64,000 nucleotides of DNA from Octopus vulgaris (taxonomy: Eukaryota). The stretch is taken from assembly GCA_951406725.2 (NCBI GenBank), contig OX597828.1:66092001-66156000 (forward strand), written 5' to 3'. Below are positions 38,871 to 52,860 of this stretch, in pieces. How positions within the stretch are numbered: position 1 is the first letter of the stretch; every line of letters begins with the position of its first letter. Below the pieces are notes generated by a model. The model searched no databases. It saw only the letters and a program-made list of their open reading frames with translations, and had not been told where the DNA came from. The position numbers and the translations under genes are program-made.

Positions 38871-40299
38871 ACAGTCTGCTCATGAAATTAATGAGCAAGT
38901 GGTTGAGCACTCTACAGACATGTGTACTGTTAATGTAGTTCTTAAGAGGGAGATTCAGCGTGGCACAGAATGTGACAAGGCTGGCCCCCCTTTGAAAATA
39001 CAGGTACCACTCATTTTTGTCAGCTGGAACAACATGAAATAAATTGTCTTGTTCAAGGACATATTGCACTGCTGGGAATTGAACTCATGACCTTTCGCTT
39101 GTGAGCCAATTACCCTAACCACTAAATAATAGCAAACTATGTAACTAGAAGCAATGAATACTTCACACAGTCCTATCGTTGTGGCACAATGCATTAATAG
39201 GTTACATAAAACAATTCAGATGTAAACACCCACCTCTTTCATTCCTTACATTACAGATATACCTATTTCTTAACAAACAACCACTCCTCCATAAATTATA
39301 ACCTTTTACTCAAGTTACTGAACACAACCATACCTCTTAAGTCCATCTTGTATGTTTACACACTAACTAACCTGACATTTATTTTAGCATCTTCACATGC
39401 GAAGGCACACATGTGTGGCTTGAAGCTCAGCTAAATATGCATAAACATAGCTATTGAAAGCTGACAAAGGAAGGATATCCAGTAACTCCAGCTGCATTGA
39501 AAGCTTAATAGTACATAATTAATGTAGTAAATCAAAACATTTCAATTAATTAAAAGTACATTTTCAGTGTTGAAAATGACATTACCTAAATGACTTAGTC
39601 TAGTAAAATAAAAAAGAGATAAAAGAAAGGAAGGCAGACAGCCCAAAAGTTTGGTAATATATAGAATACAAAAGGAGTGCGTTTCACCTTTAATAAAGAT
39701 GCTATTTTATTTCTTCAGTCATCTTATACTTGCAGTAATGAAAAGACTATGCTTTGCTGAGAAGGCCTAGTAAGATAGAAACATGTCCAGATAAATTATA
39801 CTTTGTTGAGGTGGCCTTGTAAGATGTAAGCAGGTTCTTCTGAATATCAAATTCACTCCCTATGGCAATCCATATTTAATTAAAGTTTCTTTTAGATATC
39901 TGCTAAATCAATTATACTAGCAACTGCTTTGCAATATAAATATATGTATATGCAAATATATGTATATACCCTACCCGTATATACATATTCAAATTCTTTC
40001 AGAGGATCAAGACCCTATCTGCAGGTGGTTTAAAGCAGTTAAAATGAGTAACAGAATGATAGCAACACTAATCCCCACTTAGGTACCACATGTAATCGAT
40101 AAACAACTAAATAATATGGATCTTTAAAGCACTTGTGCTAATTACTTTGATGACAGTTGATGATAGCTAGCTGTTCTAGTTGACATTCTCTTTAGCAATG
40201 ACAGCTGTCAATTTCAACAGTGATGACAGCTTGGTATACTAGCCAAGAATTTCAAGTGATGTGCATACACGACAGTGTGTCTTGAGATAAAAACTGGGC

Positions 40300-40782
40300 T
40301 TAAGAGGCATCAGATGTAATGTGTAAGAGAGACAACTGTGTTGATATGGTCATGTGATGGATATGAACGAGGACAGCTGTGTAAAGAAGTGCCAGTCTCC
40401 TACTGTAGAGGGGACCTGTGAAAGAGATAGATGTAGGAAGTCATGGGACGAGGTGGTGAAGCACAATCTTCGAATGTTGGGTCTTAAAGAGGCGATTAAC
40501 AAGTGACTGAGACCTTTGGCGATATTCTGTGTTTGAGAAGACTTGTCAAGCCAAGTGAAATCGTAGTCGGGGCCATTGCCAGTGTCGTGTAAATGGCACC
40601 TGTACTGGTGGAATGTAAAAAGCACCTATTACACTCTTGGAGTGGTTGGTGCTAGAAAGGGCATCCAGCCATAGAAACAATGCCAAATCAGACTGGAACC
40701 TGGTGCAGCTCTCTGGCTAATTAGTTCCAGCCAAACTGTCTAACCCATGCCAGCATGGAAAAGGACATTAAATGATGATGAT
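40300..40782 (+). mobile_element. RTE LINE 3' end (ORF terminus plus UTR)
   Basis: ERQLC*YGHVMDMNEDSCVKKC...VEG...RKSWDEVVKHNLRMLGL followed by the abundant UTR repeat and a (GAT)n tail. Confidence 0.85.
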
Positions 40783-40849
40783 GTCAACTAATCACATTAG
40801 TTGTCAATTTCAACAGTGATGACAACCAGTCTTACTAGCTGTTAATTTG

Positions 40850-41140
40850 TGGAGGCACATGGCCTAGTGGTTAGAGCAGTGGACTCACGGTTGAGGGATC
40901 GCGGGTTCAAATCTCAGACCGGGCGATGTGTGTGTTTATGAGCGAAAACACCTAAGCTCCACGCGGCTCAGGCAGAAGGTAATGGCAAAACTTCTACTGA
41001 CTCTTTCACCACAACTTTCTTTCACTCTTTCCTCCTACATCTTGCAGCTCATCTGCAACAGACTGGTGTCCCGTCTAGGTGGGGAACCTATACACCAAGA
41101 AACCAGCCCTTATGAGCCAGGCATGGCTCGAGAAGGAACA
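40850..41140 (+). mobile_element. tRNA-derived SINE (family A)
   Basis: ggaggcacatggcctagtggttagagcagtggac...gggttcaaatctc head. Confidence 0.8.
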
Positions 41141-42139
41141 GCTGTTAATTTAACAGTGATGCTGGGATGATTATCAAGAGAGATAGATATATTAGACAAT
41201 GGTCATAATGCAAGGAATAAGGAGTTAAATAAAGCTGCTGGAGTTCTATGATATAGAACAAACTTGAGAAAGACAGTGATAATCTTATAACTTACCACAC
41301 ATGTAGGGAATTTAGTCGTACTAGCAAATGGTTGTCAACCCCAAATTCTGTCCGAAGAGGAATATGATCCCAACATTGTTTTAATTGTAAAGTGGCTGCT
41401 ATTATAACCAAGAAATATTAATTAAAATTACTCCCTCAGTAATAAGAACAATCCATTTCTAAATGATCAACAAAAAAAAAAGCAGACAAAAGGAGACAAC
41501 GTTGAAATTTTAATTAAAATTAATCAAATATGGACTCCAGTGTGGAGTGAATCTGGTTTTTAAATTTGAGTTTGAGTGATGAAAATAATCGTTTTCTAAA
41601 TCACTAAATATGTTCAAAAATGAAAAGCAAGGGAAACAACCCTGAAATTTTCATTAAAAAATTGAATGTAAAAGAGGAGCGAGTCTGATCTTTAGCAGCA
41701 TAGGTTTTTGAGAATAAACACAACGGTATTAGAAATTTCAAGAATAAATAGAGAGTAGGGATAGCAAAGGGATTTGTTGATGCTGTTCTACATTCTAAAA
41801 ATGCAAGGACCTAGCAGTGTATTTATATGAACCAGGACGTCATTGAGAATTGTGTCAAAACTTAATTGTCCTTAAAAAAAAAATGGAATTATCATTACAA
41901 GAGATTAATATATATAAATTGCATAGAGAGATCCTAACCCAAGCGAAGGTGAAAAACATAGCCAGTTACTGAGGTTGAGTTTTAGTATAATTAAGCTGTA
42001 GATCCCTCCAGGATACTTACTAAGATGATGGAAGTGTTAGGATGTTTAGATAATATGCCTACATACTGAGTTAATAAAGTTGTGATTTAACCCCAGGTTA
42101 GTTGTGGTTGAGCAGATCAATTGATTAAAAGAGATTCAA

Positions 42140-42492
42140 ACAATGAAACTTACACTCATCTCCTTATGAGAGCTCAAAATCTCTCGTGGAAGCGTCATCC
42201 AACCAAAGTACAAATATATGGGAAATTACCACCTGTATCATCTCTTGTGAAAGGTAGAAGAGTCCAGTTTGCTGGACATTGTTGTAGAGCTGAAAACGAG
42301 GTAATTTCTACTCTTCTCCTCTGGAAGCCATCTGCTCGCGATACCAGAGGGCCCACACTCTCCTACCCTGATGTAATCTCCAGGGATACAGGCATCCAGC
42401 AACAGGACCTCTGTAATGCTATGATGGACCGTGAAGTCTGGTGTAACATAGTAAATTCCATTGTCTCGACAACGGTCGAACAATGATGATGA
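42140..42492 (+). mobile_element. RTE-clade LINE 3' end (distinct family)
   Basis: Open frame RRVQFAGHCCRAENEVISTLLLWKP...YPDVISRDTG..AMMDREVW ending directly in a (TGA)n tail. Confidence 0.8.
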
Positions 42493-45245
42493 CATTATAT
42501 AATGGTCTCATTTTGAGGCAGCAGAGTGTGATGAGGAAAATTTGGCAACTATACCCAGCAAGTCAACCAACAGCATAGAAGCTCCCTAATCAGGCAGCAC
42601 AGGAACATGTTATCTCCAATGATTGATTTAGTTGATACAATGACAAAGGAGATGCTTTGAAGAAAACCATTTACGGTGCCCTCACTGCAAGAAAAGAGTA
42701 GTTTGAATGTAAACTCAAATGAGTAACTTTTCTAAATTAATTTGTGATTAATTACATTCTTTAGTAGCCCAATATATACCCATTTAATAGAACAAGGGCT
42801 CCATTTTCTTTCATTACTAGCTGCAGTCACTATGGTGAGGTGGGGTACTGCTTTCAAACGTTTAGTACACAGATGTCAAAATCATCTGGTTTTGCTGGGT
42901 AGATTAAAGTATAAACTAGATTTCATGGGTCAAATGGAACAATTATTATTAAAAATCCAATTCACAACATAGACCAAAGTAAATAAAGGTGTTGATATCT
43001 ATAATAATAAATGCGAAATTCTGTTTGTCCATCCATCTGGGACCCCGGTATCTCAATCTACATTTGCTCTACAGACATCATATACCTTTTTGGAATCAGG
43101 ATGATCCCAGGATTGAAAATCTGCCCTTCATTTAGTTCTAGAACATCCAACATGGAAATCAGGTCTGGATGAGGATTTGTTCTATGCTAACAGTTGAAAA
43201 TTCAAATTTTAAAAGAACACCAAAAATTTGTGAACTTACAAGTTTAACATTTAAACTGAATTTAAAGTAATATCATACTGGTAGAGTACCAATAAATGCT
43301 TTATTATTATTGCTCTCTTTAGTTTTGGGTGACAGGCCCAATTAGCCCTCTGCAAAAGCTAAGTCCACACGGAGTGCAGCTTTTAAGCTTGTATATTATA
43401 GAAACTTGGTTAACAATATAAAAAGGAAAAAATATGAGGTGTTAGCAAAACTTGTATGCAGATATGTGAAAGAAAAACTCATCTACAAGGTAAGTATGTA
43501 TACAGTCCAATTAAGTATGAGATAGAAAATGTCTAAAATCAATGCATACACTTCTTGAGAAGATCAATGTTTGATGAAAAGCTGGCATTGTTTCAACTGC
43601 AAAACTGTTCAATATCATTCATATTACTAGAATCGATTACCATGCCGGTGGCACGTAAAAAGCACCCACTACACTCACGGAGTGGTTGGCGTTAGGAAGG
43701 GCATCCAGCTGTAAAAACACTGCCAGATCAGACTTGAGCCTGGTGCAGCCTTCTGGCTTCCCAGACCCCGGTTGAACTCTCCAACCCATGCTAGCATGGA
43801 AAACGGACGTTAAACGATGATGATAATGATTCAAATATATATATAAATTTGACCAAAAAAATCACTTAGCTCAGTATATAAAGACAAAGTGATGGAGAAA
43901 TAAGTTACGTTTTTTAGTACATGGATTCATAAGCCTCTTTATCATTGGTTCAGATAACAAAAGACTCCCTGAACCAGTATTAATCAAAACTTTGGTTGGG
44001 ATCCAATTCTAAACACATGCTGGCAAGATAATTTTTATGGAATATTTTAAAATTAAAAAATTCATTTTGATATAAAATTGATTAAACACTGCCACGAGCT
44101 GCATCTGGCTTGCAATGTTTGACACTCCTGGATTAATAGACCATTGAATTTCAATACTCATTTCACTCTAGTACATATTTTATCTCTTTTTGTCTTTCAT
44201 CACACTTGCTTCTCTACTCTTTGCCAACATTCACCATGTAACTTTCTATCACCCTTTCAGACCATGATAACCCATCCAACCAGTATGAAAAAGCAGATAT
44301 ATAGACTTGCATATTTTTACCAGTCTTCAGACAGAGAAAACAACTTCACATCAAAATCACTGATGTTAACTGTAATACCTTTAATGTTTATAATGAAATC
44401 TAGGTATGGTCTCAGATGATAAACTATAACAAAGGGGAGTTAATTTGTAATCACCAAGATAAAAATAATGTAAAATATTATATGGTAAATACTGGCAAAT
44501 ATTAACACACCAAGCATCTACACCAAGATTGGGAACCTTAATAACACTGTGGAAAAATAGCAAAAGCAGTTGGGATAACATAAGGGCTGAGAAGAATAAT
44601 ATCATTTCAATTTTGTAGGTAAGCAATTGGATAATGGATAATGTAGTACTCAACATAAACTATATCTAAACAAAAGATCTGCTGGATCAAAGCTGACCTT
44701 TGGCTGTGCAGCAACAATGTCATGTAAGAAAGTAAAGAAACAAAATATAGGCATCGGAATTTTTAAAAAAAGGGGGCAAAGAAATTCATCATTTAAGAAA
44801 GTTTCTTTTATAGAAAGTTAAAGAAAGAAATTTACCTTTAGTCAAAACTAAATAAATATTTTCTTTATCTTAGTTTTTATTGATTCATATGTTAGTTATT
44901 ACAATAATTATAACAAGATTCATTATTCTAAACTCAGATTCTTAAAAATATGATTCAATAAAATCATAACTATATGTTTTTTAAAGTTTAAATAAAATTA
45001 AAGATTTGTTTGCAGTAGAATTAAAACATTTCATTTTTCTTCTTTTTTTTTTCAAGTTAATTCAATGGAAGAGAGCCAGAGGCTGTAATTATTGTATGCT
45101 CTCCCAAACAGGTTGAATTGATGTGGTTAATATTCAATTTCAACAATTGTAGGACAATGTAGAAAAAAATCACTGGGACCTGGTGAAGCAGTGAGGGTAA
45201 CAAGTAAAAGATATAAGTATTAAACACTGCCATGAGCTGCATCTG

Positions 45246-45979
45246 GCTTGCAATGGCCAACACTCCTGATTTAGTAGATCATTGAATTTCTATACTCATT
45301 TCACCCTGGTTCAGAAGAGGAAGAAGTCTTTTACTAACCACAACTATGAATTCACTAGCTTGATATGTCTTCTCATGCATAGCAACTCACCAAAAGTCTC
45401 GGTAACTTATCACCTCTGTGAGACTCAACATCCGAAGATTATATTTCACCATCTCATCCCACATCCTCCTGGTCTACCTCTTCGACAGATTCTCTCTACA
45501 GTTAAAGATCAGTACTTCTTTATGTAGCTGTCCTTGTCCACATGCATCACATGACCATACCAGCTTAGTCTTCTCTCTTGCACACTACATCTGAGCCTAA
45601 TTTTTGTCTTGAGACACACTCTGTCATATGTGCACATTGACATTGCATATCCTGCAGAGCATACTAGCTTCATTTCTTTCAAGCCTTTGCATGTCACTGG
45701 TGTTGGTGTATTTACGTCCCCATTCTCTGTTTTTATGGTGGGGGGGTGGCATGAGTAACAGTTGAGTGTAGTCAACTGAATTTATGCTATAACTTGTAGA
45801 AGGGGTTTGCAAGGGCTACAAAGGATGAGTTTTTCTAATACTTTCTTTTAGTGTGTGGAGACGAATGATGGTATTGCAATGCAACTGTGTTTTCTTGGGC
45901 TTTAAAACCGTGAGGATTTAATCTACTTTCCAGATTCTGGAAATTTGGCAAGGTTGGTATAAATAGTTGCTGATCATAC
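45246..45979. repeat. segment A, source of the inverted duplicate at 49124-49853; contains an RTE ORF end
   Basis: Reverse-complement match; ORFs 45282+/45509- mirror 49572-/49327+. Confidence 0.95.
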
Positions 45980-46113
45980 ATCTTCCAGATAAACTCTGAG
46001 CTAGAAGACCTAGGATCAGAGATACTCCATGTGTGACCATATCAGTTTTCTAGAGGTGTCGAAGACTACATTCTCCAAAAGGGTGGCAGAGTTAATCCAC
46101 AACCCAGTTGAAT

Positions 46114-49100
46114 AGCACCACCTCTCCTTTTGATCCAGTCTGAGTCCATTTTTTACCAGATTTCTGGAAGATAACTTCCTTTCCACTAGTCTTAGAAGCA
46201 GCAGAAAAGATAACAGGCATTATCCTGCTTCCTCTGACTAACCTATAAAAAAATGCGTCCCCCACCCCATTTTAAGGCATTAGAATGAGATTTAAAGGAG
46301 GAATAGCTGTTATTTCTAGCAACCAAGCAACAATGCAGAAGCTTGTACATGGTATGAAAAGTGGCAGGCATTAGTTAAGTGCAACAATTCTTTCGGGTCC
46401 TGAATGCATTAGGTGTATGTGTGTGATTTTATCAAGCCCTTTCTTTCCTACTCCTTAATTGTGAGCACAGAACTGAGACAAGCAAATTGAAGAGAGTTTG
46501 GGAGGATTAATATTGTAGTGAGTGTGAAGTTGGAAGCAAAACAAGTAGTAAATTCAGTGGCTTTATCAACAGGTGTGTTACTTAAAAAACCCTTTTGTCT
46601 ATGGAAAGGTGTATAGGAAGATTCTTCAAAGTTAATTTCAGTTGGCAATGAGCCAGAAAGCCTAACCAAAATTTAGGGATACAAAAGAGCCTGCAACTAT
46701 GGTGCAGAAATGCATACTTGTCTTTCCTGATGGCTATCTTCAAAACATAGGAGTGATGGGTAAAAGCCTGTCAGTTAACAGTGGTGACTTTACACCAGGA
46801 GGTTGTGTATATATTACCATTTGCTTGTACAACCAGATTGAACTACTTGGAGGAATTGATTGTCTAAGGACTGTGGAGAGTGTTTTCAGTTAGATGTTGC
46901 ACAGTTGTCTCCAATGATTCAGAAGTGAAGCACAATTGCTTCCAAAAGTAATTGGCACAGAACTTGTAGAACTCCAATTAGCTAACTATGAGATTATGGA
47001 AAAGTTGGTTGACAACACCTTGATTCTGTACTGTTTCTCATCAATCTAGATGACAAGCTTGACATGAGAGCAGGAATTAGACCAGTGGTTCTCAATCATT
47101 TTTTTCCTATGGACACCTTTCACTTCTAATTCTATAGATATTTCTTTCAAAATCCCTATTTTGATTTTCACACATTAACTTGTGTAGGCTGAACTGTGTA
47201 AAAGAGTAATTTTTTTTTCATGGAACCTTAATATACTACTGTGGATCCTCAATTTACAACACTGTTTGAGTGGAAACCCCAAAAATTTTATATGAACCCC
47301 CAGGGGTCATACAAACACTGGTTAAGAACCACTGGATCAAGACTGAAATGTCTGATGCTCATGTGCTCAGTAAAGCACAAAATATGACCACACTAAATTA
47401 ATGAAAGAGCAGCAAAAGGTTTACCGTGGGAAACATGTTGATTCAGCAGCATCTGCATAATATTGTACACAATAAACCCAGCTGCTCCTCCGCCTCCACC
47501 TCTGCAACTTTCACAGCTCATTCTTTTCAAGATAAAAATACTAACGAGTAATTTGATCATTTATTTAAAAATATATTGACTTCCACTAACTTAAAATTTG
47601 CCAGACTAACCTCACCCTTTGTTCCTAAGAAAACCATTGTGAGAGCGCTTGGCAATCAAATAAACCTTAATAAATGGCTATCACTGCAACGCCCACCAGT
47701 AAAGAGATGCATTTGTGCCTTATAGTTGCAAGCTCTCGTGTCTAAAATTGTGGACAGGCCTTGTTACCTTACAAACATTTTCTAATAACTTTACAGAATA
47801 TCCCTATTCACCACTCCTTTAGCCAAGATGGTTCTTTAAGTGACTCTTGCTGATAAAGCCACTAAATTTTCTGTTACTTTTAATTCCAACTTGTTCACAC
47901 GACAAGTCCTCCCAAACTCTCCTCCATTTCGCCTATCTGTTTATATTTCAAACTCCACCTGTCTAACACCCGTGGACATGTTTACAAAGTCAGAAAACAG
48001 CACAGCTCCCATGACTTTAGGAAACATTTTTTCACGCTGAGAGTTGCTGAAGCATGGAACAAACTGCCGACATTAGTTGTTAGAGCACTGCATCCTTCAA
48101 AACTTTCATGCTTCCTGAGATTTGCCAACACTACACCTGACTTTCTCCCCTCCATACACACACAAGCATATATCTGACTCATACACTGTTCGCTTTCCAG
48201 ACATTTGTACATTACTGCATATGCTTTATATGCACTTTTTGACAAGTTGTGGTGCACCTGAGCACTGTATACAATAATTTCATTATTATTATTATCAAAA
48301 ATGTTCAATTCGCACAAGAACTATACAATAGAAGGATATGCTTCTCACCCAAAATCGCAAAAATGTTACCCAATACTAACCTGATCGAAACAAGCAACTC
48401 CACTGAACAGATTAGTATCGACACATCGATGGTCAGTTCAAATCACAGCACGTGTTTCATTTCATTTTGGGACAATATTTTACATTGCCTGCGTTACCCA
48501 AAGTTGTTTGATTCTCCATTCCAAAAGAGATTGATTTTTCATCTGCTTCACGGCATGAAACTAGTCCTACGCACCACCCCTTCAAAGCCCTACTCCCCGG
48601 GACTTTCGAACAACTTGCATGTTTATAACGACACGCCTTCGTATTGAATACACCAGCATGGAAATTAATGGAGTTGTGCCTTTTTTTTTTTCCGTCATTC
48701 TCTTTGACTGTGGATGGGTGGGACTGCAGATTTGGATATCTTCATCAATCCTTGGGTTGGGTAAAGTTGTATTTATTTATATTTATTTGACTCTAAAACG
48801 AAGGCACAGTGAATTCGGTGAAATGATTTCGACGCAGAATACAAGAAAAATGCCACGAAAATGGAAACGGAAGTAACGAAAGACAACTCTCATTACATCA
48901 GATGTTTTCTAAAAATATTCTGGAAATAAGAATATAAAATAATATAGAAATGGGAAGAGTACAAAAATACTTACATTAGTCAATAGACATTGCTGAAATC
49001 ATACTTATTTTGAAGTAATAAATCATAATTTTGCACAAGTTTACAGAATAACTACAAAATATTTGCAGCAATGAGAGTTGTCTTCCATAAAATCCGCTTT

Positions 49101-49127
49101 CATCCTCAAAACATTTTCTACGAGTAT
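46114..49127. repeat. segment B (3.0 kb), directly duplicated at 49851-52860
   Basis: Identical ORF translations at a constant offset of 3734 (46699/50433, 47840/51574, 48249/51983). Confidence 0.97.
46450..46900 (-). mobile_element. highly decayed CR1/L2-like LINE ORF2 fragment
   Basis: VDKATEFTTCFASNFTL resembles the DKAE.F...FASNSTL linker; a related plus-strand fragment (ADKATKFSVTFNSNL) lies at ~47850. Confidence 0.45.
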
Positions 49128-49853
49128 GATCAGCAACTATTTATACCAACCTTGCCAAATTTCCAGAATCTGGAAAGTAGATTAAATCATCACAGTTTTA
49201 AAGCCCAAGAAAACACAGTTGCATTGCAATACCATCATTCGTCTCCACACACTAAAAGAAAGTATTAGAAAAACTCATCCTTTGTAGCCCTTGCAAACCC
49301 CTTCCACAGTTATAGCATAAATTCAGTTGACTACACTCAACTGTTACTCATGCCCACCCCCCATCAAAACAGAGAATGGAGACATAAATACAGCAACACC
49401 AGTGACATGCAAAGGCTTGAAAGAAATGAAGCTAGTATGCTCTGCAGGATATGCAATGTCAATGTGCACATATGACAGAGTGTGTCTTAAGACAAAAATT
49501 AGGCTCAGATGTAGTGTGCAAGAGAGAAGACTAAGCTGGTATGGTCATGTGATGCATGTGGACAAGGACAGCTACATAAAGAAGTACTGATCTTTAACTG
49601 TAGAGAGAATCTGTCGAAGAGGTAGACCAGGAGGATGTGGGATGAGATGGTGAAATATAATCTTCGGATATTGAGTCTCACAGAGGCGATAAGTTACCGA
49701 GACTTTTGGTGAGTTGCTATGCATGAGAAGACATATCAAGCTAGTGAATTCATAGTTGTGGTTAGTAAAAGGCTTCTTCCTCTTCTGAACCAGGGTGAAA
49801 TGAGTATAGAAATTCAATGATCTACTAAATCAGGAGTGTTGGCCATTGCAAGC
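49124..49853. repeat. inverted copy of segment A
   Basis: Reverse complement of 45246-45979 with scattered substitutions. Confidence 0.95.
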
Positions 49854-52800
49854 ACCACCTATCCTTCTGATCCAGTCTGAGTCCACTTTTTGCAAGATTT
49901 CAGACCAGATTTCTGAAAGATAACTTCCTTTCCACTAGTCTTAGAAGCAGCGGAAAAGATAACGGGCATTATCCTGCTTCCTCTGACTAACCTATAAAAG
50001 AAAATGCGTCCCCCACCTCATTTTAAGGCTGTTATTTATAGCTGTTATTTCTAGCAACCAAGCAACTATGCAGAAGCTTGTACATGGTATGAAAAGTGGC
50101 AGGCATTAGTTAAGTGCAAAGATTCTTTCGGGTCCTGAATGCATTAGGTGTATGTGTGTGATTTTATCAAGCCCTTTCTTTCCTACTCCTTAATTGTGAG
50201 CACAGAACTGAGACAAGCAAATTGAAGAGAGTTTGGGAGGATTAATATAGTAGTGAGTGTGAAGTTGGAAGCAAAACAAGTAGTAAATTCAGTGGCTTTA
50301 TCAACAGGTGTGTTACTTAAAAACCCTTTTGTCTATGGAAAGGTGTATAGGAAGATTCTTCAAAGTTAATTTCAGTTGGCAATGAGCCAGAAAGCCTAAC
50401 CAAAATTTAGGGATACAAAAGAGCCTGCAACTATGGTGCAGAAATGCATACTTGTCTTTCCTGATGGCTATCTTCAAAACATAGGAGTGATGGGTAAAAG
50501 CCTGTCAGTTAACAGTGGTGACTTTACACCAGGAGGTTGTGTATATATTACCATTTGCTTGTACAACCAGATTGAACTACTTGGAGGAATTGATTGTCTA
50601 AGGACTGTGGAGAGTGTTTTCAGTTAGATGTTGCACAGTTGTCTCCAATGATTCAGAAGTGAAGCACAATTGCTTCCAAAAGTAATTGGCACAGAACTTG
50701 TAGAACTCCAATTAGCTAACTATGAGATTATGGAAAAGTTGGTTGACAACACCTTGATTCTGTACTGTTTCTTATCAATCTAGATGACAAGCTTGACATG
50801 AGAGCAGGAATTAGACCAGTGGTTCTCAATCATTTTTTTCCTATGGACACCTTTCACTTCTAATTCTATAGATATTTCTTTCAAAATCCCTATTTTGATT
50901 TTCACACATTAACTTGTGTAGGCTGAACTGTGTAAAAGAGTAATTTTTTTTTCATGGAACCTTAATATACTACTGTGGATCCTCAATTTACAACACTGTT
51001 TGAGTGGAAACCCCAAAAATTTTATATGAACCCCCAGGGGTCATACAAACACTGGTTAAGAACCACTGGATCAAGACTGAAATGTCTGATGCTCATGTGC
51101 TCAGTAAAGCACAAAATATGACCAAACTAAATTAATGAAAGAGCAGCAAAAGGTTTACCGTGGGAAACATGTTGATTCAGCAGCATCTGCATAATATTGT
51201 ACACAATAAACCCAGCTGCTCCTCCGCCTCCACCTCTGCAACTTTCACAGCTCATTCTTTTCAAGATAAAAATACTAACGAGTAATTTGATCATTTATTT
51301 AAAAATATATTGACTTCCACTAACTTAAAATTTGCCAGACTAACCTCACCCTTTGTTCCTAAGAAAACCATTGTGAGAGCGCTTGGCAATCAAATAAACC
51401 TTAATAAATGGCTATCACTGCAACGCCCACCAGTAAAGAGATGCATTTGTGCCTTATAGTTGCAAGCTCTCGTGTCTAAAATTGTGGACAGGCCTTGTTA
51501 CCTTACAAACATTTTCTAATAACTTTACAGAATATCCCTATTCACCACTCCTTTAGCCAAGATGGTTCTTTAAGTGACTCTTGCTGATAAAGCCACTAAA
51601 TTTTCTGTTACTTTTAATTCCAACTTGTTCACACGACAAGTCCTCCCAAACTCTCCTCCATTTCGCCTATCTGTTTATATTTCAAACTCCACCTGTCTAA
51701 CACCCGTGGACATGTTTACAAAGTCAGAAAACAGCACAGCTCCCATGACTTTAGGAAACATTTTTTCACGCTGAGAGTTGCTGAAGCATGGAACAAACTG
51801 CCGACATTAGTTGTTAGAGCACTGCATCCTTCAAAACTTTCATGCTTCCTGAGATTTGCCAACACTACACCTGACTTTCTCCCCTCCATACACACACAAG
51901 CATATATCTGACTCATACACTGTTCGCTTTCCAGACATTTGTACATTACTGCATATGCTTTATATGCACTTTTTGACAAGTTGTGGTGCACCTGAGCACT
52001 GTATACAATAATTTCATTATTATTATTATCAAAAATGTTCAATTCGCACAAGAACTATACAATAGAAGGATATGCTTCTCACCCAAAATCGCAAAAATGT
52101 TACCCAATACTAACCTGATCGAAACAAGCAACTCCACTGAACAGATTAGTATCGACACATCGATGGTCAGTTCAAATCACAGCACGTGTTTCATTTCATT
52201 TTGGGACAATATTTTACATTGCCTGCGTTACCCAAAGTTGTTTGATTCTCCATTCCAAAAGAGATTGATTTTTCATCTGCTTCACGGCATGAAACTAGTC
52301 CTACGCACCACCCCTTCAAAGCCCTACTCCCCGGGACTTTCGAACAACTTGCATGTTTATAACGACACGCCTTCGTATTGAATACACCAGCATGGAAATT
52401 AATGGAGTTGTGCCTTTTTTTTTTCCGTCATTCTCTTTGACTGTGGATGGGTGGGACTGCAGATTTGGATATCTTCATCAATCCTTGGGTTGGGTAAAGT
52501 TGTATTTATTTATATTTATTTGACTCTAAAACGAAGGCACAGTGAATTCGGTGAAATGATTTCGACGCAGAATACAAGAAAAATGCCACGAAAATGGAAA
52601 CGGAAGTAACGAAAGACAACTCTCATTACATCAGATGTTTTCTAAAAATATTCTGGAAATAAGAATATAAAATAATATAGAAATGGGAAGAGTACAAAAA
52701 TACTTACATTAGTCAATAGACATTGCTGAAATCATACTTATTTTGAAGTAATAAATCATAATTTTGCACAAGTTTACAGAATAACTACAAAATATTTGCA

Positions 52801-52860
52801 GCAATGAGAGTTGTCTTCCATAAAATCCGCTTTCATCCTCAAAACATTTTCTACGAGTAT
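49851..52860. repeat. second copy of segment B
   Basis: Direct match to 46114-49127. Confidence 0.97.

Noticed and set aside
40853-40925. tRNA-like sequence
   Set aside because: Continues into a repeated SINE body and lacks a clean cloverleaf; it is a SINE head, not a tRNA gene.
42998-43200. Helitron-like 5' end TCTATAATAATAAATGCG
   Set aside because: No matching hairpin plus CTAG 3' end found; too weak to call.
47392-47520. Short minus-strand ORF MSCESCRGGGGGAAGFIVYNIMQ... (duplicated at ~51126-51254)
   Set aside because: 42 codons, no recognisable homology, and lies among decayed TE sequence.
48249-48647. 132-aa ORF identical in both B copies
   Set aside because: Starts within a CR1 tail; identity is explained by the recent duplication.
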